NCBI RefSeq assembly: GCF_006345805.1 | Contig: NC_043006.1 | Coordinates: 16,120,001 to 16,184,000, forward strand | Direction: 5' to 3' | From: Octopus sinensis | Taxonomy: Eukaryota | Length of the DNA: 64,000 nt | In this document: positions 53,691 to 64,000 of the stretch, in pieces | Position numbering within the stretch: the first letter of the stretch is position 1 | Layout: the number at the start of each line of letters is the position of its first letter | Made by a program: the position numbers and the translations under genes | Notes under the pieces: generated by a model | What the model was told of the DNA's origin: nothing | Database searches by the model: none | Seen by the model: only the letters and a program-made list of their open reading frames with translations

Positions 53691-53840
53691 CAAAAAAATT
53701 TCGGGCACAATCGACGATTTCTTTATAGGTTTAGATTTCTTGAAATTGATTGGAAATACAGTATTTTGCGATCCTTTATTAATAAAAACCATTGCTGAAC
53801 TCATTGTTTCAATTATTTTTGTAGACTGCTTGGTGGCTTG
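53691..53840 (-). CDS. Candidate 150-nt exon (QATKQSTKIIETMSSAMVFINKGSQNTVFPINFKKSKPIKKSSIVPEIFL)
   Basis: Branch point and acceptor ctaattccaccttgtag, open frame, weak donor TTG|gtcatt. Confidence 0.25.
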
Positions 53841-54269
53841 CTACAAGGTGGAATTAGATTTCAGATTTAAAATAATGAAGCACTCATTTGGAAAATTTGG
53901 TACCCGAGGGATAATTAAAGTTTTATTTCAGTGGAGACAGTTTGGTGATGATGATGATGATGATGATGATTACAAGGAAGATGAATGTGGTAGTAGTAGT
54001 AGTAGTAGTAGTAGTAGTAAGTAGTAGTAGTAACGAAGTGTTAACTGAGGTGAGAAACGGAGAGAGATGTAAGGAAAAAAGTAGTATGATAATGTAATTA
54101 GATTCGTATATATATAGAGATAGATTTTGTTTGTTTAAATTACGAGTAAGAAATCTTTGTAAAGTTAATTGGTTATTCCGAACTGTTATTCACAGAAAAC
54201 TAAAAGAAAAACTGGTTAGAAATTAATTTAAAAGAAGCCTGTCATTCCCAAAACGTAAAGTAGGCACAC

Positions 54270-54311
<42 letters not shown>

Positions 54312-54523
54312 GTGTGTGTGTGTGTGTGTGTGTATATACATATAAACATATATATATACATATATATACATACATATTTGCACATACGTATATAGGCATC
54401 AATATAGATGAATAGACACATAGACAAACAAACACAGATAGATAGATAGATAGATATATAGATAGATAGATTTAAATACAGTCAAATACATACATACGCA
54501 CATGTATATAAAGATTAAGATGT

Positions 54524-54573
<50 letters not shown>

Positions 54574-54629
54574 GTATATTCATATGTGTGTGTATGTAAA
54601 TATACATATATATATGTACATATATATAT

Positions 54630-54980
54630 AAACAATTGCAGCGTAGGAGGTGTTTATAAGCCATTTAAGAAACACACAAAAAACCGTTAGATTCACTTCA
54701 ACATTTAAAATTATTTTGTCAAAATATTTTCGTCGCTTTGAGACCGCGACCTGTTCACTGACAAAGCTTCACTGAGATGCAGCACGGAATTTTGTCAGTG
54801 AACAGGTCGCTGTCTCAAAGCGACGAAAATATTTTGACTAATTAAATTTAAATGTTGAAGTGAATCTAACGGTTTTTGTGTGTTTCATAAATGGCTTATA
54901 AACACCTTCTACGCTGCAATTGTTTCGTTTGAGCACACGATCTCAGATCAAGTCACTCGCTATGCAAGTACATCTCCGTA
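54630..54980. repeat. Fold-back element: ~135-bp arms (54630-54765 / 54791-54925) plus a ~55-bp unique tail, embedded in (TA)n
   Basis: aaacaattgcagcgtaggaggtgtttataagccattt..gacctgttcactgacaaa and its reverse complement. Confidence 0.92.
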
Positions 54981-55000
54981 ATACATATAAATATAAATAA

Positions 55001-55031
<31 letters not shown>

Positions 55032-55109
55032 CATACATACATACATACATGCATACATACATGCATACATACATACATACATACATACATACATACATAC
55101 ATACATACA

Positions 55110-55140
<31 letters not shown>

Positions 55141-55514
55141 GCGAATATTAGCTAAGAGATATACCACAGAGTAGCCAGTAACATGTATTTGAAAAAATAC
55201 TGGTACATTAAATACCATACACCATAAATTCTCCATATATTAAAATTATCTCTGCCTGGTTGATGTGTCATAATTACCAAATGACAATTTAAGCCACCTG
55301 CATATGAGAAGGGGAGATAATATCCAGAATCCAGAATTTTTTAAAGTTGACATGTCAATAAGCGTTATGTCCCGTATTTTGACGACGTATTTCGTCTTCT
55401 CTGTGGGACTGGCCCGAACAGCGTACGTCGCTAACTATTTCTTTATTTGGCACATAAGTCTTAATACAGAGGGGGACGGCACAAGGACAGACAGAACACC
55501 ACAGTGGGGACAAA

Positions 55515-55821
55515 ATTGTTCGTTCCTTCTCGAGTCATTCCTGGCTCATATGGGCCGGATTCCCGGTTTCCTTGGCGTATAGCTTCCCCACTTGGACGGG
55601 ACGCCGGTCCGTCGCAAGTGAGCTGCAAGATGCAGGAGGAAAGAGTGAGAGAAAGTTGTGACGGAAATAGTCAGCAGAAGTTCGCCATTACCTTCTGTCG
55701 GAGCCGCATGGAGCTTAGGTGTTTCGCTCATAAACACACATATCGCCCGGTCTGAGATTCGAACCCATCGATCCCTCGACCGCGAGTCCGCTGCTCTAAC
55801 CACTAGGCCATGTGCCTCCAC
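55515..55821 (-). mobile_element. SINE family B variant with a different 3' half
   Basis: Head gaggcacatggcctagtggttagagcagcggactcgcgg and the shared gagtgagagaaagttgtg, followed by an unrelated tail. Confidence 0.75.
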
Positions 55822-55999
55822 ATTGGGGACAAAATACATAAAATGAATGAATGAGAGATGGATAATAATTAAATGAAGATGTAGTGGCTGCTTGAACCCC
55901 ACTCTCAAGCAGCACCGTTAACTGTTTTAATACAAAGCTTTTATATCATTTTTCTTTCTTTTTCCTCCTTTTTATCCTTTTAGTATCGTATGTGTAGCC

Positions 56000-57300
56000 T
56001 TTAAAAATTTTGAAAGCTTATTCACATTTTACCTTTTTACATATGGCAACAAGTCGTCGTAATCTATCACTGGCGGTAGGTCGTCAAACTCTTTCCTCAC
56101 TCTCACTGGGACCACCTTGTCTCCAAAACATTCCTTCAATCTTTCGTATCTCTCTCTCTCTGTCCATCACCTTGGAACCCGCATCCTCAGGCCAACGGTC
56201 CATTAGTAATTCAACTCCTATCACCGACCTAAACTTGGCGATTTTTCCTTCTATATCTGTGTCCTCTGTATATGTTACCATATGACATTCGCTCTTTCCA
56301 TGTCTTTTGACCGTTCGTTCCCGCGGCGGAATTTGGTTGTCTGTGATGGTTTCCCCTTCTTTTTCCTTCGTTGTTGGTGCTGTTGGAGATTCATGTAGTG
56401 AAAACGTGTACATTCTATTTCACCCTCCCTTTCCCTCCTTCTTGGACCCCTCGGAGGCGAGTTCACCAGCTTCCCCCTTCCGCCAGCCACCTCCGTAAAT
56501 GCTTCTTCCATTTTCGTGCATTTTTCATTTTCCAGGTCCACCACCTCGTCACCCTGCTCTTGTTGGCTTTCCTCATTTTTATTTTCTCTCTGGGGACACT
56601 TTATTCTAATATGTCCCTTTTCATCGCATTGTTAGCAAGTTGGTGGCCTTCCTTGTACCACCACTCTCAATCTTATGTCCTCTAGTAGTATTATTTCTTC
56701 GGCAATTTAATTTAGATCTTATTGGATAAGTATTTCTAGACCGTATCCCCATCAATTTAATTTCTTAGTCCTTGTCACCTTTAGAATGTTGGCGTCTTCC
56801 TCAGTTTTGTGCTTTACGGCAACTACAGGCCACACTTCTTTTATTTCTGATGGTATTCTACCTATTCTCGCTCTGGTGACCCTTTTGCCGCAGTAGGTAG
56901 GAAAGAGTACCCATTTTTCTGTCTTCAGCGTCACAGTTGAGTGATTTAATGCCTCCTGTTCGTTGGCAAATCTCACCTCCACAGTGCCGTATTTTCTGCC
57001 TCTTGTATAGAATGTTGTCAGGTGCTTAATTTCTTTCAGACATTCTTCAATTGCTTCTTCCGTAACTATCTATATTTTCTTTGTGGTTGTCGATAGAGTT
57101 TTGTACACCACTGTTCTTTTCTTGGTACTTTTTGTCCCCTTTTGTGGAAGGGTTAGCTTTAAACAGGATCCCTCCTTCTGAATCAGTTTTTAGTGTTCCT
57201 TCAGCTTCTTCTATTCAATTTTTATTTTTCACACTTCTAGCGAATCTGCACCTTTCCCAGCGGCTGAAGGCAAACACAGAATTTAACAGGCCTGCAACAG
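56000..57300 (-). pseudogene. Decayed LINE ORF1-like region
   Basis: VEVRFANEQEAL..FPTYCGKRVTRARIGRIPSEIKE followed by low-complexity E/K/R-rich frames. Recalled similarity to L1/Tx1 ORF1. Confidence 0.45.
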
Positions 57301-57473
57301 TATTTAACAAATTCAACAAAACATGGTCCACCCGCGCGGAGAGAACCTTCAACAAAGATACAGCACAGTATAACACGACTAACGTCAACCGGAATCAAAA
57401 ATGATTCAACACTCACAAAAATACCTGGCCAACTGACATTATTGACTGTGTCAGTCCACTATTTATTAGGAGT

Positions 57474-58916
57474 TATAGGCGTTATATATCTTTCTACAAT
57501 TTGAATAATTTTAATGCGCAATTAATTCAAATGATTAGAAATTGTCGGCAAAATAAGTTTAAGGCCGTACCAAGATTATGCAAATTAATAAACCAAATTG
57601 GTGGCCATATGACTGGTCGTACTGCACTGTTTTGTTGAATTTTCGAACATTGTTACTAATTAATTCACTATGGGAAAGCGTTGAAGTATCAGCCCAGTTA
57701 CTTGACCAAATACCGTGTTGTTTCATCAGCAAAATATGTCCTTCATGAACATTAGCAAGCAATTAGGATGCAGCAAAAAGGCTTGTGTTCACGTATGGAA
57801 GCTTTACCAAGCCACTGGATAATACAAAGATCGGCAAAGAACGGGCGTTCCGAGAGAAACAACAGTAGAGATGGATCGGCGAAATCATAGGCTCTCTGAA
57901 GGTAACCGAATGCAAACAACAGTGAACATTTGCAAGCTATTGTCTGACGAAACTGACATCATCTTTACACCATAAACTGTCAGAAACCACCTAAAAGTAT
58001 CTAAGCCGTTCGGCCGGATCGCTCGAAAGAAGCCGATAATTTCTGAGACGAACCGGCGAAAGCAGATCAAGTTTGAATGGACGACCGAAAACTGGTCAAA
58101 AGTTCTCTGGTGCGACGAATCCCACTTCTGCATCTCTGGATCAGACAAAAAGACGTATGTTAGACGCCGTCCAACTGAAGAATTCCATCTTAAGTGTGTC
58201 AAAAAACGACGCAAGCGGGAGCGGAGGAATAATGGTGTGGATCACTTTCAGCAGCTTAGGTGTTGGTTCAATTGTTAAGGTCGATGGCAGGCTGAACAGC
58301 GTAGGCTATCTGCAATTAGTAAATGAAAATATACTGCCACATTTAGATAATCAGCTGCCACCGGAATCTTATTTTCCAGCGGGAGAATTGCCCCGTTCAT
58401 AAGGCTAGGAAAGTCTTGCAATATTCTGAGCGCAATAATATGATGGTTACTGAGTGGCCTCCGCAGAGCCGGGATTTGAATTCGATAGAAAATTTATGGA
58501 ATTATGTTTCAAAAAGAGTTCATGCTGAAAATACCAACAAATTTGTCCCAATTTGTGCTCATTTGTCGAACTCCATGTCCCGCAGTTGTAAGGCAGTAAT
58601 TTAAAATAATGGCTCTGGAACTAGTTACTAATAATACATTTTTGTTCGTTGATCATTTATGCCTTAAATTTTCAGTTTAAACAAAATAACCTTGGTACGG
58701 TCTTAAACTTATTTTGCCGACAATTTCTAATCATTTGAATAAATTGCGCATTAAAGTTATTCGAATTGTAGAAAGATACATAACGCCTATATCATTCGAA
58801 AGAGAAAAAAATTCTACATAAACTATAAAAAGTAAAATAATTTTATACAGTTTTGTGAAAAATGAATTAATGAATAGAAACTGTCATCGTCGGTCTTAAA
58901 TTTATTTTGGGCAGTG
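57474..58916 (+). mobile_element. Tc1-like (DD34E) transposon with long IR/DR termini; left end truncated
   Basis: ARKKPIIS, WSKVLWCDES, GGIMVW and WPPQSRDLNSIENLW in broken frames. The right TIR ends cagtg|TA and carries two copies of cggtcttaaa.ttattttg; its inverted partner is at 57474-57580. Confidence 0.92.
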
Positions 58917-59514
58917 TATTTACAAACACCGGGAAATTACTTAACACAAAGTGTCGTGTCGCTTTGTAAGCAGCCGGCTTAAACTTTCTTAAGAACTTGC
59001 ATAAAGCTCAAAGAAAAACATGTACGAGTACGTATGTATGTATGTGTATGTATGTGCACACATCCGCACAGACACACGCGCGCGCATACACACACATACA
59101 CACACACACACACACATATATATATAATGCAATATAATACAATATATATATGAATTATTTTTCTTAAGTATTTATTTGATGTTGTAAAATAAATGCTACC
59201 ATCGTCTTTGCGCGCCTTCCGGGATCAAATTACATCAATTTACATTTTTCTTACAAACCACAGAGTGTCAATGACCGATTTGTAGATAAAGAAATGAATT
59301 GATTTTTATCAAAACAACAAAAGAATGAAATAAAAATAAGTAAAACAGTGTGTATTCAGGAATATATTTATGAGTGTATTTGTTTGTATGTGTTATGTAT
59401 GTAATTGTATTCATACATTGATGAGTTTGTATGTATATATGTATATCAATAAGAAATTAACAGAATGAGACCAAAATCTAAGGTTGTGAAAGATTTCAAA
59501 ACATTTATAAATCA

Positions 59515-59910
59515 CTAGCAGTATCGCCCGGCGTTGCTCGGGTTTGTAAGGGAAATAACTATATAAGCATTTTAGAGAGTTACTTCCCTTATATAATAGC
59601 AAAAAAATGCATTAAAAATGGAAAAAAAATTACGGTAATTTTTTTTTTAAATCGTTGACTCATCGTAGACATTTTTAGAGAGTTACTTCCCTAACATAAT
59701 AGCGAAAAAATGCATTAAAAGGGAAAAAATTATGGTAATTTTTTTTTTAAATCGTAGACTCATCGTAGACGCGTGCTAATACCCAGAAGGGCTCGATATG
59801 AATCAGGACTATACCCGGTTTTGGTTAAACTGCACCGCAAAATGTGGGAGTAGTTAGGAATCTAAATCGTAGGAGACAGACACCACACAACTTCAGTTTT
59901 ATATATATAT
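59515..59910 (-). mobile_element. Non-autonomous Helitron, second copy
   Basis: Near-identical to 17536-17927, with hairpin and CTAG at 59515. Confidence 0.9.
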
Positions 59911-59911
59911 A

Positions 59912-60379
59912 TTACTGCGGAAACATATTGCCATGAAATTGCCAAAATGAATGAAAAACTGCTACTCCCCCGTCCCAGATTGGTCAACATGAGAGGACCA
60001 ATCATTCTTTATACCAATGCTCAACTACACATTTCACTAATGACGCTCCAGAAGTTGAGGGAGTTTGGCTGCAAAGTTCTTCTCCACACAGCTTATTCCC
60101 CAGACCTTTCTCCTACTTACTATCACTTTTTCAAGCAGCTTGATGGTTTGCTGCGAAGGAAGAAGTTCAAAGATCAAACTGTTGCTGAAAGTGCGTTCAA
60201 AGAGTTCATCGGGTCCAGAACTCCAGATTTTTATGCTACCGGAATAAACAAACGTCTAACTCATTGGCAAAAATGTACCGATTGTAGTGGCACTTTGATG
60301 AATAAAATCTCCGCATTGTTGAAATATATTGTGATGAATTTCATGTTTCAAAACGATGCTTACTTTTTACTCAGCCTGA
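59912..60379 (+). mobile_element. 3' half of a mariner (DD34D)
   Basis: ITAETYCHEI..LVNMRGPIILYTNAQLH..AYSPDLSPTYYHFF..FYATGINKRLTHWQKC; TIR-like end ctcagcctga|ta. Confidence 0.85.
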
Positions 60380-60451
60380 TATGTATCTCTGTGTGTGTGC
60401 GTGTGTGTGTGTGTGTGCGTGTTTGCGTGTGTGCTTGTCCGTGTGTGTATG

Positions 60452-60491
<40 letters not shown>

Positions 60492-60881
60492 TACTCTTTT
60501 ACTCTCTCTTTTACTTGTTTCAGTCATTTGACTGCAGCCATGCTGGAGCACCGCCTTTTAGTCAAGCAACTCGACCCCAGTACTTATTCTATCAGTCTCT
60601 TTTTGCCGAACCGCTAAGTAACGGGGACGTAAACACACCAGCATCGGTTGTCAAGCAATGCTAGGGGAACAAACACAGACACACAAACACACACACACAC
60701 ATACATATATATATTCATATATATATATATACATATATACGACAGGCTTCTTTCAGTTTCCGTCTACCAAATCCACTCACAAGGCATTGGTCGGCCCGGG
60801 GCTATAGCAGAAGACACTTGCCCAAGATGTCACGCAGTGGTTGGTTAGCAAGCTACTTACCACACAGCCACTCCTGCGCCT
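60492..60881 (-). mobile_element. SINE family A with a small deletion in the head
   Basis: Homologous to the other copies. Confidence 0.92.
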
Positions 60882-61331
60882 GTGTATTCTCTAAAAGTTT
60901 CCAATGTGTAAATACGTGATTGTTCGGTTTGATGCAACTGAAGATCGACGTTTTGGTTTGAAATTCAATTAACGTAGTAGAAATGTAGAAAAAATGTCTA
61001 AAAGCTTTCACTAGTACAAAACACTGGTGTAACAGGGAAGAGAAAAGCACCAAAATAACTTTGTCAGATTTTATTTATTTATCTATTGGCTTATTTATTT
61101 TATTATTTATTTGCTAATTTATTCGGTTTTGCTTTGCATATCACTTTTTTTCTGTTGAGATAGAGATAAATAAAAGACGAATAAGTTTCTTATAAAATAA
61201 ACAATAATTGAAGACTAGTGAAAAGTTAAAACACTTGATTCTTGTCTAAAAAGTTGTACGGGACTATACGAGGTTGATGCTTCCATACTTTGATTCATAG
61301 TATTGATATATTTAAATACATGCTTAGATAT

Positions 61332-61745
61332 ACTCTCTTTTACTCTTTTACTCTTTTACTTGTTTCAGTCATTTGACTGCGGCCATGCTGGAGCACCACC
61401 TTTAGTCGAGCAAATAGACCCCGGGACTTATTCTTTGTAAGCCCAGTACTTATTCTATCGCCTCTTTTGCCGAACCGCTAAGTGACGGGGACGTAAACAC
61501 ACCAGCATCGGCTGTCAAGCAATGCTAGGGGGACAAACACAGACACACAAACACACACACATACATATATATACATATATACGACAGGCTTCTTTCAGTT
61601 TCTGTCTACCAAATCCACTCACAAGGCATTGGTCGGCCCGGGGCTATAGCAGAAGACACTTGCCCAAGATGCCACGCAGTGGGACTGAACCCGGAACCAT
61701 GTGGTTGGTTAGCAAGCTACTTACCACACAGCCACTCCTGCGCCT
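61332..61745 (-). mobile_element. SINE family A, full length
   Basis: Homologous to the other copies. Confidence 0.93.
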
Positions 61746-61924
61746 ATGTTCAGTAAAATGTAAGAGTGGATGGAAATAAGTCAGGTCCAGCCTTTCAAGT
61801 ATTTACTAAACAGTTCGTTGAAAGCAAATGACATTTTTAAATACATGTTTATTAAAGTTTAAAATATCATGCAACTCATCTGAAATCTGGTATAAGCTAC
61901 GTAGTTAAAAATTTAATATTTTCC

Positions 61925-62090
61925 AGGCTTAGGAGTGGGTGTGTGGTAAGTAGCTTGCTTACGAACCACATAGTTCCGGGTTCAGTCCCACTGCGTGGCA
62001 CCTTTGGCAAGTGTCTTCAACTATGGTCTAGGACCGACCAAAGCCTCGTGAGTGGATTTGGAAGACGGAAACTGAAAGAAGCCCGTCGTA

Positions 62091-62129
<39 letters not shown>

Positions 62130-62144
62130 TTTTTGTGTGTGTGT

Positions 62145-62181
<37 letters not shown>

Positions 62182-62390
62182 TTGTGTGTCTGTGTTATCC
62201 CCCAACGTCGCTTGACAACCGATGCTGGTGTGTCTACGTCCCCGTAACTTAGCGGTTCGGCAAAAGAAACTGATAGAATAAGTACTAGGCTTATATAGAA
62301 TAAGTCCTGGGATCGATTTGTTCGACTAAAGACGGTGCTCCAGCATGGCCAAAGTCAAATGACTGAAACAAATAAAAGAATAAAAGAGTA
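61925..62390 (+). mobile_element. SINE family A, full length
   Basis: Homologous to the other copies. Confidence 0.9.
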
Positions 62391-62599
62391 AGTGTGTGGG
62401 GGTGCTTGCGTGTGTGGGGGTGCGTGCATGTGTGTCTGTGTATGAATATGTGTGTATTTAATACTTTGCTATTTTTAAAGTCATAACAATGCAACTTATG
62501 CGAAATAATAAAAGTCAACGATTTGTACTTTTAACTTATATTTCAATATTTCGGGGTGAGAATCCCTTTTTCAGGAAATCTACTTCTTCATCGCAAGAA

Positions 62600-63307
62600 A
62601 GTGAAGCCACGTTTAGGACATAAGATGGAGCAACGAATGGGTCAAGGGTGCCTGGGTGGTAGAAGTAAGAGACCATCTAACACCGAAGAACAGAAGCCTT
62701 TATAGAGACGATAATTAAAAGAAAACAAAGTGGGAACAAACATAACTGTGACTCAAGGGCTAGAGTGTAACTGGTAATGACTAAATGCAAATTAGTTGAA
62801 TGGCCCTTCTGTGAATGCGATCCGAGATATGTGCGCGTAACAGCAACGTCATTCCATTTGTAGGCGCAGTACTCCATCAAATTCTTACTTTGATCCTTAT
62901 AGAGTGTCAAAAGTTGTTGGGGGGATGAAATATTTTCTGATCCTAAAGGACACTGTCCTGGCTATACTAACGATGTGCTTCACCAGGCGAGTTCCTCGAT
63001 GATAGTAAGACTTAGCATTTGGAACGGCTGTACCGCTTATGTTTCGAGATGGGAATACGATGAGTATTTTTTTCTTGACATGGGAAGCGCTTGAGTTGGT
63101 TTTTTTTTATTGATGACCTGAAGTTGAATGGGAAAATGTTCGTGTGGCCGAATTGAAGGAGATTCTCAAAGCTTATCTAATCTGCATGTGGATGGTACAT
63201 ATTTGTGGGGTGGATGTTAGGGAGCATTGAAGGATCGTGTCGCCTGAATCGTATAAGAGTGGGCTTTATTAGATATTTTAGCAAGTAGATCATTGATGTA
63301 TAGAAGG

Positions 63308-63368
<61 letters not shown>

Positions 63369-63960
63369 AACAAAACCAAACTCTAGGGAACACCAGAGTC
63401 GCTTATGAATATGTCAAATAGAGCTCCATTAAAACATACCCCGATTGTGCGATCGGTTACGAAGCTGCCGGTTTAAAAGATGGAAGACGTTTTCACAGGA
63501 GATTTGCATGCCAGACACGATGGAAACTTTTGTTAATGTCTACAGCAACATCATTACTCACACCCAACTTCTCTCAAATGAAAGCTCACTGGTGAGTTGT
63601 ATAAGAGAGTGGGTTGCCAGTGGAGCTGGCTCTGTGGAAGCCGAACAAATGGTTATTGAAAAGATAGATGCGTTCAAGGTTTGATTGAGAATGTCATTGC
63701 TAGTGGCTACCGTCATTATCTTTGAAATGTTAGAGGTAAGAGAAATAGAACAATGGTTGGCTGGTTCAGAGATGTTGCCTTTTCTTTTAGATTGGGACAA
63801 AATGAAGTTTGCTTCCAAATTTCAAGGTTTATCTCCGTAGAAAGTGCGAGATTAAAGGGTTTGGTAAGCATAGGTGCAAGTTCTGGAGCACTATTTTTAA
63901 GTGTAATGGAAGGGATATTGTCAGAACCGATGATCTTATTTTTTCGATACAACTAAAAAT
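62600..63960 (-). pseudogene. Heavily decayed LINE reverse transcriptase (Jockey/CR1/L2 group), interrupted by (GA)n
   Basis: GSDNIPSITLKNSAPELAPMLTKPFNLAL, EPANHCSISLTSNISKIM and TLYKDQ..MEYCAYKW are recognisable RT and post-RT motifs. Confidence 0.8.
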
Positions 63961-64000
63961 ATTTCTGCACCTTCCCTGTGTGTAAGCAGGGGCAAGTGAA

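Overview
AT-rich, microsatellite-saturated eukaryotic DNA with no prokaryotic features. The tRNA-headed SINE families and the repeat landscape suggest an Octopus/cephalopod genome (inferred from recall, not checked). No intact protein-coding gene is recognisable; nearly all listed ORFs are microsatellite read-throughs or decayed transposon frames. The window contains three or four SINE families in dozens of copies, fragments of CR1/L2-like, Tx1/L1-like, R4/Dong-like and Penelope-like retroelements, mariner (DD34D), maT (DD37D) and Tc1 (DD34E) DNA transposons, and Helitrons. The most notable signals are: (1) several minimal hammerhead-ribozyme motifs and long (TA)n-embedded fold-back elements that look Penelope-derived; (2) two SINE/LINE pairs that share 3' tails within the window, one with a compensatory stem change; (3) a SINE that forms head-less 184-bp tandem multimers with the same junction at independent loci, suggesting a circular-RNA or template-jump mechanism; (4) scattered short exon candidates, mostly on the minus strand, from an unidentified gene.
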